From: Balanoglossus misakiensis
Taxonomy: Eukaryota; Animalia; Hemichordata
Reading direction: 5' to 3'
DNA length: 64,000 nt
NCBI GenBank assembly: GCA_040954595.2
Contig: CM082576.2
Coordinates: 2,950,760-3,014,759 of the forward strand
A program made the translations under genes and the position numbers. The first letter of the stretch is position 1; every line of letters starts with the position of its first letter. Under the pieces are notes generated by a model that had not been told where the DNA came from, searched no databases, and worked only from the letters and a program-made list of their open reading frames with translations. Positions 24,939-38,108 of the stretch are shown here, piece by piece.

Positions 24939-25567
24939 TTAAGTTAATTCAGCTCATCTTTCTTCTAATTAGCTCACCCCTGTTGCTTTTTTTACTTCCT
25001 GATATCATGATCATTAAACACTTAAAACACAGTAATAAAACGTCCGCATTTTTCACAATGGGCAGCTTCTGATTTATCCAGGAAAGCAGTAATGGCGGAC
25101 TTCAATATTTACTCCCCACCGAGAATTTTCGTAAACAGCAGCGTTAAGTGTGTATGTGAAACGTATAGATAGATCCATAAAATCGTTAATTTGAGTTCAG
25201 TTAGAGAACAAATTATCAGGACAATTAGACAAATGGAGTTCTCTCGACAGTAAGGCTTGTTATTCTGGCTATAAGAAATCGTTATAATTGATTTTCCGGC
25301 CCGGGGTTCCCGGTTTGCCGTCAATAATGATTTCGTGGGACCCGGTCGAAGAAGTCATAATTAAATTTTTATGTGCAATGCACTGCAAGAACGTCTATAA
25401 AGAAGCGGCAGTCTGGTGAATGCAAATGATTTAATATTAGTTGCCTTTCATTTATAATGTGTTGTTTTGCCGTTACAATCTTGGAATTTGACGAACATGA
25501 TATTTAAAGCTTTTTTCCAAACTTCCCTCCGAGTTCGGCCGATGTGAGAGCGGCACCGTGTTTGTTT

Positions 25568-25595
25568 GATGCTACAAAACCCAGTTTGTAGCATC
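25568..25595. other. Perfect 11-bp inverted repeat with a 6-nt loop
   Basis: GATGCTACAAA-ACCCAG-TTTGTAGCATC. Confidence 0.85.
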
Positions 25596-28500
25596 TAATT
25601 GTTGGTGGCATGAGGAACCGACAGGATGTTTCAAAATCGTGTTCGACTCGGAGGAGTCCTCGCGGGCTTGTTTTTTTCTTTATAAAGTTTGTCCAGAACG
25701 CAAGGACCTTAGCCGTAAGCCACAAACGCGGTGCACGCAAAGCACAGATGGAGATGCATTTGTTCATCGGGGTATGACTTGTACGGGAGCCTGGTTTCGT
25801 GACACAGATTTTAGGAAGCACAGCTTGTTAAAATAATTCCAAAGTGTGCCTTTTTAATTGGAGAAAATAACATTCAGTGCCCAGGACTTAAACTCTGGGA
25901 ATACTACGCATTCCGCCCGCGAAGTGTGTCGATGAACTGATGAAATGTCGCAGTCGACAGTCACTGGCGACATACACCCCTCCCCCTTACCCACTATGAA
26001 GAGCGGGATAATCATTTTATTCGCGCATGCTTGAATGGTGGCTTTCAATACTATTAAAGCAGTCGACGGATCGCCGTTATGGCCGCCTGTGTTTAATATA
26101 GTGAATGTTCCAGCGACCCCACAGCTGTATTTTATGAACTCAAATCCATAAAAATCTCATATAAAATTAGCGCGATATTTCCTAGTATGATGCCAGATGT
26201 AATAAAACTGACGCCGCGGTTACCGCACAACCTTCCGCAAGACTCAGGCTCTCAGGGCAAAACCTGCATGCAGTTTTTTTCTCTTTTTAAAAAAATCTGC
26301 TTTTATTACCTGCCGTACAGATTTCCTGAAATGTGCTTGCAACTAGGTGAGCCGTGGCCATAAACCTGTCATAAAAAACAGCGAGCAGATGGGTCATCCA
26401 CATTTGTCGTGTGCTGACCAATGCATCTGTCGGCTTCATTTATTTTATTGATTGTGCGATCTTCCAGATGGCTGACTTATACAAGAGTCCCCAATTAAAA
26501 TAATTCTGTCAATCGAGGTTGGCTTGTTGGTGTTTTTAATGAGCATACTTCGGTACATCTGGGCGTTAAGCTATTTCAATAAAAAAGAGCCAACGCGAGA
26601 GTTTGTGGGTAACAGTTACAATTACTGCTGTTATTTCTGCGCCGGTTTGATAACCATGACAATTACCCGCAGTTGAATGAACTGAATTGATCACAAAGGT
26701 CTTGTAAAGTCGGTCAACATACATATTCAATGGGTTTAATTGAGTGTCCCTTTAGTAAAGATGGCCCACACCTTACACTTCGGCTTTGAAAATATGAATG
26801 CCAAAAAAGGGCAAATTAGGTAAATTATTAAAAAAAGACAAGACATGTGAATTGCACTATATCTTCCTCAAAAGCGAGAATTGAATTAGAAGAAACTTTG
26901 TGTTTTACTTTCCTTTCCCGTGTATGAATAAATAACATGTTTTTCATTGAATGTCGAGTGTTCGTGCCGAAATAAGTAACTTTATGGACGTGCGTTTTGT
27001 CATCTGATCAGCATAATGAATTACAGCGTATACTATGATACATGTGTGAATTTACCGTGTTTTGAATAAAAGTGCCAGCGTGAACTTTTGGTAAGCTTTT
27101 ATAAAAAAAAAAAACAAGCATTCTCAATCTGTTCAGATATTAATGGCCAATTTAAGTGGGTGAAAAGGTCTTTTTGGACGTTGAGAGAGAGAGAGCGTAA
27201 TATCCCTCAAGGTGACCCTGTAGGTTGGGAAGAATCGATTATGCTACTAAATAGCTCCACACTGTTACAAGACGAACTGGGAAGGACTAGTGGAAACTCC
27301 GGATTGCCACAAAGATTGTTTTATACAAAACATGCACAACTGCGAAGAGTTGAAAACAGATTTTTGAACTTTTCACGCCACAAAAACAATCGGTTGATGA
27401 TCGCTCTTCTTCCGGTCTCAATTGAAAACTGTGATGGCGCACTAGTGCCATCTGAACTGCAACAACGAACACAAACGGGGCTCACTGCGAAAATCAAAGA
27501 AACTAATTATGCATATTTCGCGATCATTGCCATAAATAATTTCGATAATATATGAACGATTGCTTAGAACTTGCACAAACTTAAATTCCAGCGCCGCAAA
27601 CATGCAACATTTAACTTGGAGAAAGAAATTATTTAACTCAGTCACATCTCCATATGATAAAGGGCAGCAAAACTGTGTCGTTTCTTCATCCATGCACGAC
27701 GCAGCAGTGAATCACGCAAATCAATTATTCGATACATAGTTATTTTTTCCATATTGCTTCATATCTAATTTAATTTAATAAAATGATGTTCATTAGGAAT
27801 ACAAGACGATGATGGAAGCCCGCAACATATTTCAGCGTATTTCTTGCAGTAATGATGAAACAAATTGGAGAAGAACAGCAACTGTGAAAGGACAAATATA
27901 ATGAATGACGCAATTCGTTGCGTGGCAAATTACAGTATGAATAAGAAAATTGCAGGAAATAACCCACTGTATTGCCTCTTTAAGAGTCTGCAAAATGACA
28001 TTAATTACAGTGGACCTGTTTCCATTCTACAGCCATTAATTTTGAGTTTCGAGTAAAGTGACCAATTGTGAGTTCTGTCCAAAGTAACGTTCTTTATGTT
28101 TGAAATACCTTCTGTGCAGTTATTCGCGTTGTTTCCCGTGTACATAACAAGCTATAGTACTGCTTTTAAAAGCGCCAATTGTCAGAGGTATTCAAAACGG
28201 CAGGGTGCCAATTCTGTCAGCACTGAGGTTAGTGACCAAAAAAGGGCGGCAGGACGAAACAGGAACGAACGATTTGTCGAAATTGCCTCTTTGAAGGCTT
28301 ATGAGGTAAAGTCGCGGGGAGACTTAAATGTCCAAATTGTGGCAATTTTGGACGCATTTCCCTCGGCCCACTACTGACACAACTGCTTAAGTGTAAACGT
28401 ATATGAGATCGCATGGCTGGTATAGAGAACCGCTCAACTGCCATAATGACTTCAAGTCTGCTGTCAATTTCATGGGAGTCATTGGGTTTACGCGTATAAA

Positions 28501-29234
28501 TTTCATTGGCAACGTTTTCTCACATTCCCTCTTCTTATACTATTCAAAGCGCGTGATGCGACTACTGATTAGGGAACGGGAGTATTTCAATCACCCCTTT
28601 GACATTATATACCGCAATACTGTCCTTGACAAATTCAACCTGTCCTCTTGGAACGGCAGGAAATTGCCAGCTGATCTTGACCCCATTAACAAATCGACGA
28701 AATAATTCTATTCTTTACAGTTTGATATTTGACGTCGAACGTCATGTACGTGCCATCCAATCTGTTTATGTAGTACCGTTCATAGGTTTATTTTGATCAT
28801 TTAAAATTTATTGCGTTCTTGCTATTAAACTGCTGAAAACACCTTAAAATGGATTAGAGGGACGTGAATTATCAACCCCCTGTGCAAGTTAGTGTTATTG
28901 TCAGAGATAGGATTAGGATTGTGCCCAGTGGGTTGATGTTCTGGGGGAGGGGTGACTGTTCTAGAATCCGAATAATGATGTTAAAATGTTCAAATCAGCC
29001 TAAATGCTCTGAAAAAATATTCCCTTTACTATAATGCTGAGTGGTATTTGAAAATGTCAACCGGGGGCGTTAGCAGTAGGTAAGAATGTATTTTTTTAAT
29101 TTTAATCTGACACGGTGATCATAAAATTGGTTTGACATTCAACGATGCGCTCTGCTTACAGTGGAAAACCTACCCTGCGTGCTGAGGTACACGTGGCTTA
29201 CTGGTTTTTAACAAGATATTAGCATTTCTTGATT

Positions 29235-29284
29235 GTTTTTATGATGCATTAATAAATACGTTTTCATGATGCATTAATAATTAT
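29235..29284 (+). repeat. Tandem duplication of a 25-bp unit (22/25 identical)
   Basis: GTTTTTATGATGCATTAATAAATAC followed by GTTTTCATGATGCATTAATAATTAT. Confidence 0.85.
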
Positions 29285-31696
29285 GTTGCCTACCTCTTAT
29301 ATTTGGGAAGTGGACCTACCCTACGAAAATGTTATGTAATGACGTCAGTCCTACAACAATAGAATTCTAGCAAGCCAAACGGTAAACCTATGTTGTAAAC
29401 GTAACATTATGAATAACTTCTCAAGTAAAAAGAAACTATATATATAGCAAACTAAATAAAACATTGCCAAAGCGTAGCAACTTGTTAAAGGGGTTTGTCC
29501 CTTTAAGAAAGTTTGTTTTATCAATACGGCGGATGAAGAATGTTTTCTTACGTCATAATTCCATAATTCCTTCCCCTGTGACGATTCATTTGCCAATCAA
29601 CCCGAAACAAGATTTTTTTCTGCGGCAAATGGACATGTAAGCTTACTCTGGTAAATCTAATAGAAATAACACGGCGAACAAAGGCGGGGATCTAGGGATG
29701 CAGATCTCCAGAGACCGTGTACTAAATTATTTAAAGCAAAGACTTTGAATCTGCATTGAAAGCCGGTTAAGGCATTAGCTCCATCCTCTAGCGATTTGCG
29801 AAAGCTATTGCAGTCGCTAATTTAAGTGAGAACGGGCCAGGATCAATGAAAAGGTAAAATGTGAACTTTTAATGCATTAACGTTATGACCAAATTACGGA
29901 TACGCCTGGCGTACACAGAGGATGTATTGTGCAGTTAGTTAAGATGTTTACCCCCGGCTATGGAGCCACTTAAAGCCAAATTAATCCAACTCGGAGCATC
30001 ATTATTATGTTCTTAATATGTAACTTAATCCGTTGCAAAAGTTTAGCGGATATTCTTTGCATGCATGGTCGACGACTGTATATGGTTATATTTTTTTGTT
30101 GCTTGGAATGCTGCCCTCGCACGCATAACTAACTTCGGTATTGTTAGTCGCTGAGCACAGGGCAAATTTAAGATTTGAGAACTGTGGATAGGAAGCACTT
30201 CAGATCAAAGGACCCGTCATGCATTTCTTCGTTGCTATTTCGTGGTACGCCTAAGCTTATATAATGCCCAAAAATGACTAACAGGGTAGGATCGGAACGG
30301 CGACAGGGTTGTTATGGGTATCAGTCATGGACCTTGCGTTTTGAGCGGGCAAGAAACGCAAAGTGACTTCTCCCCACGTCCACTCAGAGCCGCTGGGCTC
30401 GGAAATAGCGTGGAAAGTCCATCCGCATAGAATGCGTTGAACAGGTGCGACACAATTCGGCAAGCGCACGTCACTCTCTATAAATACACAACGTGGTACA
30501 CCGTGCTCCCAAGGTAATTGTGGCAATTACTGCGACACACCCGAAATACACTAGGTACCAAAGTACTTTTTGTGACCCATTTAAGTCATTCTGTGAAGCA
30601 TGAAGTACACATACACAAATCTAGACGCTCCGTAGCGTACTTAGCTAGATAGAGTACTATTATGATGGAACTAATCTTACAAGGCCACATAGCGAGGCAA
30701 TCATTTCAAATCTTTCTGTTCTCGTGTACAGCCAAGCTGGTGTATTATAATATTTTTAAAAAATTTAAGTTCAAAAGAACAGGAGTGTCCTTCAGCTTGT
30801 TTCAAGAATCTCGAAATGACTTTCTCACACAGGAGAGAAACGGGGTTCGTGAATTTGAGACTTTAGCCTGGGGAGACACGATTATTGGAAAGTACATCTG
30901 CGTAAGGTTCACGGGTATTTAAAAACAATTACAGCCGATGTTGCTTCCAGTTACCTCAACCATGGTTAATGGACAACCCTCTCAAAGAAGACGACCAAGC
31001 AGTATGACGTCTTTGCGAAAATCACTGTAAATAATTCATAACTCCCTTTCGCGCATGACGCAAGCGTTAAGGGACGGTCCACTAAACGGTAACCGGTGGG
31101 GTATTTTTCTCAATGTTTACAAATGCATAACGTCATGGCAAATGGTATTAAAGTTCCATAAACGAACACATGATCAACATGCTTCTTCCTGCAGGCTTTA
31201 AGGAGGATGGCAGTTTTATTAGCAACAAAATGAAAAGAGATATCTCACTTTTTTATTTTAAAATATTATGGGAAATATAATGAGCGCATGGAGCAAGGGT
31301 AAATCTGAGGTTTTCTGCTAAAACAACAAAATGATTTATTGGTCTGCATTATATTTAGTTGCAGTAAAATCGATGATGAGTCACTTGCAATCTAAAACGC
31401 CAACAAGGAATTACTACTAAACCACTCAAATTTGATGATTCGGCATGAGTGTACAGACATCGATCGTTACTTATAATCAATTTAATCTTGCTCACAATTG
31501 CCTCTTTTAATTGTAAGAGTGACTTGTTCTGTTAAAGAGATCGTCGTTAACATTTGAATGACTTTTCTTTACTTCAAGAGGATACGCAATCTGCCGTTAT
31601 TTTGTTACTCGTTTTCTTTGAATCAAACCTGGATCTGATTATTTATGTAGTTCCAAACTTAACATATTTGCTGTAACTTTAATACCAGTCGGTGGC

Positions 31697-31697
31697 C

Positions 31698-31745
<48 letters not shown>
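31697..31745. repeat. (CTGT)12 microsatellite
   Basis: Read directly from the sequence. Confidence 0.97.
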
Positions 31746-32285
31746 AAAATTATCAAAACATATCCAAGTACACCCGCGCGCGTGTCCAATAATGGCGTTT
31801 GACTGCGCTCATCCTTAATTTTATTTCAGAGTTGGTGAAAATGAAAATGGATTAGATATCTCGCGAGGTGGACGTGGCTTACTTAATCTTAAGAAGCGAG
31901 TTACTGCATCCTACTTGGTTTTAATTATCTAATGGCCAGAGCAACGACCAGGAATGACATCGTTAATTTCACATTTGCCAGAAGGTCGGAAATTACCTGC
32001 ATGGGCGAACACCGCGGCTACAATGAATCGCCGATTCCTGATATCAAGTGTAATATTTTATTTATTTCATATCCATCCCTTTATCTAATTACTGTAAATA
32101 TATCTCTATGCGTCACCAGAGGTCAGTAGCACACGCTTGATATGAAATTGACTCTCTTATCTCTTTTATTCAAGTCCATTACTTGATCTAATTACACGGC
32201 GTATATTCCATTGTATATTGAGCATCCTTATATATTTACGCTGTGATTTAAGTTCTATTCACGAATAATTTACATTTTTTACAAA

Positions 32286-32297
32286 GGGGGGGGGGGG
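32286..32297. repeat. poly(G) tract, 12 nt, inside a purine run (32283-32301)
   Basis: Read directly. It lies about 15 nt from the LTR-like segment. Confidence 0.9.
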
Positions 32298-32311
32298 AGA
32301 GCGTTAATGTT

Positions 32312-32756
32312 TGTCATTCGACCGACGACTAGGAGAGAGCAAAGTCACATCTACGAAAAGAACTGTCCGTTTAACGTTAGCGTACAAAAGACAGCCACGT
32401 ATTACCTCAAATACAGTTCCACAGTCACACGGAGACGCGCTCCCTCAGGACGGCTCCCAAATTCCACGCGGCGTCCTCGAAAACATCCACCACGGCTTCA
32501 CCAAGTCCCTTCGGCAGTTTCAATCACCAGCTACCACAGTCGACAGGCAAACTCCGTACGGTGGGCTCCCAAAACTCCTCCAAGGCGACGGCACAGCTAC
32601 CAGACCAGAATCAAAATGAGCCACCCGACAACGTGGCACTGGATGGTTTTTATACGACCAAAAACTAACACCTGGTCACGCTAATATGTTAAATAAAGAA
32701 ATAAACATAGGTGCACCTGGCTACGAAAACAATAGAAAAACTTCTCCTACGTAACA
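32312..32756 (-). mobile_element. Candidate solo LTR (Gypsy/BEL-like), about 445 bp
   Basis: The minus strand starts TGTTACG and ends TGACA. It has two CAGGTG boxes, then TATAAAAA (32647-32654), then a GT-rich, compositionally distinct R/U5-like stretch. No matching target-site duplication was found. Confidence 0.45.
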
Positions 32757-34955
32757 GTATACGGCAGTCATGTGATGTCAAATTCAAGACGTTTTTTATG
32801 TAAAATTTGTTAACGCATCACACATTTCTAATGATAATAGACTACTTTTATGTTTTATATTACATAGATGACGAATTTTGGTCATTAAACATTTGGATTA
32901 ATCCTACAAAAGAAATGTATTCATCGATCAGAACGCGCGGTACTTTGGCACGGTAAATGGCAGCCATGGAGAACAGAACGCAGCAGCAGAACGGATAGGG
33001 GAACCAGACCATCACTACATTATATTAACACGATTATCGTATTCGAACTCCTCGTACTGTAGAATACGGTAGGTTATTGTGCAATTGAACGCCACAGGTT
33101 ACGACAGTCGCTGTATAATAATATCAAATATCAATACTTTATAAAAGAGGGCTATTTATTGAACGCAATTTAAAATCGATTTTGATAAGTTAATGACCAA
33201 AACCTGTTGGCAAGAACACACAAATAGCGCTTTAGCGAGTGGAAAGGCCCCAGGTAACCATTTCAAACATTGACACTACTCAATATCCTTGAGGTCATTT
33301 AGGACTTATCATAGTAGATTTCGATCTGCTCAGTCGTTCGTTTATAGAATAGGCACTGCCGGATTGACATTGATTTATCCAAACTGAACGCAGACGCGCA
33401 GTCTCCATCTTTTAGCTACGGAGAAACATCGGGTCGTCGACAGGCGTACCGTGTGTGATTTAACCGTGAACAGGACCTATCTGAACTGGAGGTGTAACGG
33501 GGAATCTTATGACAGATTAAGACGAAAAGTTTCCGCGAATGGAAAGACATAAGCGCCCTCACGCTTGATATCTGCCCCCGTAGTGTGTATTTTCTCGTAA
33601 ATAAATTCATTACAGATTGCCCAGTGGAGCCATAAAACGCAGCTTGCAAGTGGAAAAAGAGGCATTAATGGTCACCAAATGACACGTATCGATTTGTGTC
33701 GCCGCGTTACCACTTGGTGAGTCTCATATTTTAGACGTTCAATGGGAACAGATCATGCATCTGTGCAGAGCCGCTCGTGCTCGTTGTAACGAATAATGTG
33801 CATTTTACGCGGCTGGCGGGAACTCTTGGGTAATATATCACTTCCAGCGATGATTTGTGACAGTTGAGACCAAACAATAGTAATAGACTCAGAATAATAT
33901 GATTATAAATCAATCTCGCACTTTTCATCACACTCCAAGGTAATAAACTTGGTAAATACCAGGATCCATTTCAATGATTTCACGCTCAGTTTGGCCGAGA
34001 AAGCGAACCGCGAACGATTTTTTTCCTGTTAAGCGATCTCTCTAAACAGTCTCTGACGTTTGGGGGGATTTATACGGCAACTAATTTGTATATACGGTAC
34101 AAATAGCACTTACAGAGATCGGAAAAGGAGAATTAATCCGACAAGTGTCAGGATTGGATCTTTAGCGTGAAGTGACGAGCCAGCTCTGCGATTAATCAGC
34201 CTCTGACAGTCGATCATTAATCCCTGCACGGCCAATCCCTCATCCACGTGATCGATCACCGCGGGACAAAACGGAATAGCAGTTTCTTTCAGATTTATTT
34301 TATTACCCTCCGATATTCAAAGCGATTTGCTTTCAGAATGTCACGCACAGCGCCCTCTTAGGATTGTTTGCTGCATGCAGTGGCTGTCGAGCGATTCTTC
34401 TTCGAGAAGGGCCTCTGCGAGAAATTCTATTAGTCAGCGTTGTCACTCACAGTATAAAGCGAAGAAGGAATAAGCTCCGTCTGCGAAGGAGACATATTAC
34501 CGCTTTACATACAGCTTTTATCAGACGTACAATGTATGTGTCTCAAAGGCAGTAAAGAGCAGCTATCCATCATCATGAACATGTCCAAATGAAACGGTGT
34601 TTTAAAACAGCACGTACTTCAGATGCGCGACATGTACAACGCCTACAGACTCAACTAAGCAACGCTCGGAAAGCCAATCGAGGTTTATGCTGTCGCCATG
34701 GCCGATTTTCTGTCTTCGACAACAACATATACGCGCCTTTTGTTTCATATCACTTCGAACAGTAGATGCAATAGATATTGGCTGGATTCAGTTTGTTTAC
34801 ATAAAATAGTAATGCATACCCTGATGACAATATCTCTTGGGTTTATTAATCGTGAAACCTAGTAACCAATTGATGATCAGAACCCAGCTGCACATTTAAG
34901 TCTATAGTGAACTGGCAAATAACAAACTCTGATCACTTTACCTCAAAAATTGAAC

Positions 34956-34985
34956 TCATTTGGGTGTAATCATTTGGGTGTAATC
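34956..34985 (+). repeat. Perfect 14-bp tandem duplication TCATTTGGGTGTAA x2
   Basis: Read directly. An 8-bp stem hairpin follows at 34988-35008. Confidence 0.9.
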
Positions 34986-35086
34986 TGGGCAGTGCAATTA
35001 GCACTGCCTGCTGTTACGGGTAAAACGTAGAAGAAAGACAGTGATAATCTGCTATCTGAAATGTCAGAAGTACATTTTAAAGTAAC

Positions 35087-35204
<118 letters not shown>

Positions 35205-38060
35205 AAAAGTTGTCATCAACCTGCCGACGCTACATCCGAAAGCAGAATTGTTCAGAATCATACTAGTCGGAAGCGTTTGGATGTGATTCCCGCTCAACGA
35301 TTCCAATAACTGACATACACGTCCTAGATGCTTATCTAGATTGATATATACGCGTTTTATACCCTCCACTATTGAGATCAACGCTAAATCAATATTCCTA
35401 TCACGCAAATCTCCAATAATTGGATAAAATAAGGAGACCCTTTTTTACATCAGCCGGAATGCAATAGAACTATTTTAAATAAGATGATATAAGTGATGGA
35501 AGTGACAATGATGTATCTGTGGAAGAAATCCGAGGGGCTAGATAATTCTGCAGCGAAGATTTATGATTTTCATTGTGTGCAGGGCATAAAAGATAACGCT
35601 TTCCCGTGACGGAAAGATCGCTCGGCGACGCACGTCTACCGTCTCTGGTCTCATATTTTTTCCGCCTGTGATTTATTGTCTCCGTGGTTCAAATCTTGCA
35701 GTAATTTCTGACACCTGAATTCTTCCGCGGTATTCACAATTATTGACATCGGGGTGGGGGAGGGGGTCTTTTGTTGGAGAAACCCGAGTCGCTGGGGGAT
35801 CAAGTGGGACAAGAAAGGGACGGGCTCCGTTTTCCACGGTTAAGGGAAGCGCAGAAATCTGACCAGGAAGCCAGTAATTGGCGAGAGGAAATCACGGGCA
35901 CTGGTGAAAAACGAGCATGTGCTGCGCGTAGTAATTCGGGACTTAACAGCCGAAGAGCAAACGCGCAGGTGAATGGAGAACGTGACGCTTCACAAGTCAG
36001 ATCTGAACCCCCATACAAGTTAACGCTAACTACGTCTTCTCTCCTTCAACAGGAAGGCTGTCGTTTCAATTTTTTTTTAAACGCATCGTTCCAAAGTCGA
36101 ACAGGAAAGCGGTTCTGGGAAGACACAGCAACACCAATCCAAAGCAAACGCAGTCTGTCTGATAACGGCTAATGAAAGGGGGTCTGTCGGTGTGTTTAAT
36201 GGGGACGTTAAACGTCCAATCGTATTAAGTACTGCCCGCAAGTATCATCCCGAGAAAGTGCGCTGACCCGTGAGAGTCAAACAGAAAGCAGATCATTCAT
36301 GCCAATTATTCGGTTTTGGGAAAAGTCCGTAATTACAATGCTTAAGTTTGGATATAAAACAAACCAAACACTATCTGATCATTTGTATAAATGCTACAGA
36401 GTTCGTCGTTAATGTTAGGGCTTTCTAAACATAGCATCTCTCTAAATTAATAATACAGCATGCGCTCATCTGTTGTTTTTATATCTGGGTGATATTCTGA
36501 ATTTTCTTCGGTGATGACGACAACACCGAAGGGCGAAACAGACAAATTAAGTATTTGAACCGTAAGAACTAATATACCTTGCCCCCGGCGGCAATATACA
36601 GTTCAAGAACCACCGACGGTGTGAGCATACAACTCCGCGTGGTACTTATACTCAGGTTCACCGCCAGGCAGCTTCTAATAATCGCGCCTCCTCAAGACGT
36701 TTCAATTAAAAACACTATTATACATTTGCGTTGGCAAGCTGACATGGAAAATTATCAAAAAGAAGATGAACTGTACGATTAACTGCAAAGCAACGAACGT
36801 TGGTCGCCGTGTTCGCTCTTCGGGTGCGAGACCAATCACATTTGACGATACAAATGCGTACAAGGAGAGAGAGAGAACCCGGCTTAAGGTAGCTGGGAAC
36901 ATTGATGCGAAATGCCCACGGGGCTGCAGTGAGATGTATTACAAAGGCATTAAAGTAACTGCAAATTTCATTAAGACCGGGTCGTAATGGAACGCTATGA
37001 CGTTTTGAGCTGTGTAAAAAAGAGTGCAGAGTTTTCTGTGCAAGGGCGTCGGCGTTCGTGTTCAAGGTCACAGGAACCTGGAATTGGATTCTTGTGTGTA
37101 CTACTCTCATACTTCTTATCATTGGACATGCGACAGACCCCGGAGTTTGTAATTAATTTTAGTGGCACTAAAGGCAGCATCGTCAACTGGGATTCAGATA
37201 TCCTCCCTGCGACAGTTATCAAATTATTTCCGATCTACCAATCCCTGCCCGGGGATAAAAACTTCACGCAGAAATACGTACATATACACGAACGTGTAAA
37301 ATTCGAAGGAGGTTCACTTTAAAGGGCCCTCGCTTTGGGTGTTTTGCTGCGTCTGGCAAGTTCATTATGCAATTTAATGAAAAAAATTGCCCGGTGCACA
37401 ACTTTTACCTGGCGTACGAGGACTGACCTAGTTTCCATGGTTACTTGGTCTGAAAGCTCCATTTATGACTCGATCCGGCACGCTTTTTTTTGCGGAATTA
37501 AACGCTCTCGCTCCAATCCGCTAATTAAAGCTCTGGAACGCGACCACTTCAGATATGAGACCTCATTACACTCATGACTAAGCCTGTTTACCTAAATAAA
37601 CAATTGTTAAACTGTCTGAAAATATGCGAAGGTTTGGCGTGTCTGAAATAAGGGGCACACTGCGTCGTTAGGTTTGGTTTGGAATCGGTTCGATGTGGCT
37701 TGCTTTGGTATGTAGAGAACGAGGTCATGAAAACGAAACAGCGCATATTAATTAAGCAAAGCACACGAGATGCCGAGCATGCGCTTTCAACCCACTCACA
37801 GAAATCCCCAAGTAGGTTAGTTAACAAGCGTTCCATTATTAGTCTTCGCGGCACGATTCGTAATACAGCTGACCTAATGAACCGTTGTGTTTTCAATGCA
37901 CAGTTGGTTAATTTCAATTGCTTTAGATAAAAGTAAAATGAATCTGACTGTAAAATATCAATAATAATCCTCCGAGTCGTCGTCAGTGATACAGACACAG
38001 CAACTGGAATAGTAAATGTAATGTAGTATATATTCTATTTGGTTATATATCATAATGTAT

Positions 38061-38108
38061 TTATTAACATGCTGTCTGTCTGCCTGTCTGTATGTATGTA
38101 ATGTGTGT
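38061..38108. repeat. Degenerate (CTGT)/(ATGT) compound microsatellite
   Basis: GCTGTCTGTCTGCCTGTCTGTATGTATGTAATGTGTGT. Confidence 0.6.

Noticed and set aside
27088-27555. 155-aa ORF
   Set aside because: It starts at TTG, runs through poly-A and (GA)n tracts, and has no recognisable domain.
35771-37998. Cluster of 70-136 aa ORFs on both strands
   Set aside because: The ORFs overlap each other, lack motifs and show no consistent splice structure. This is the expected background.
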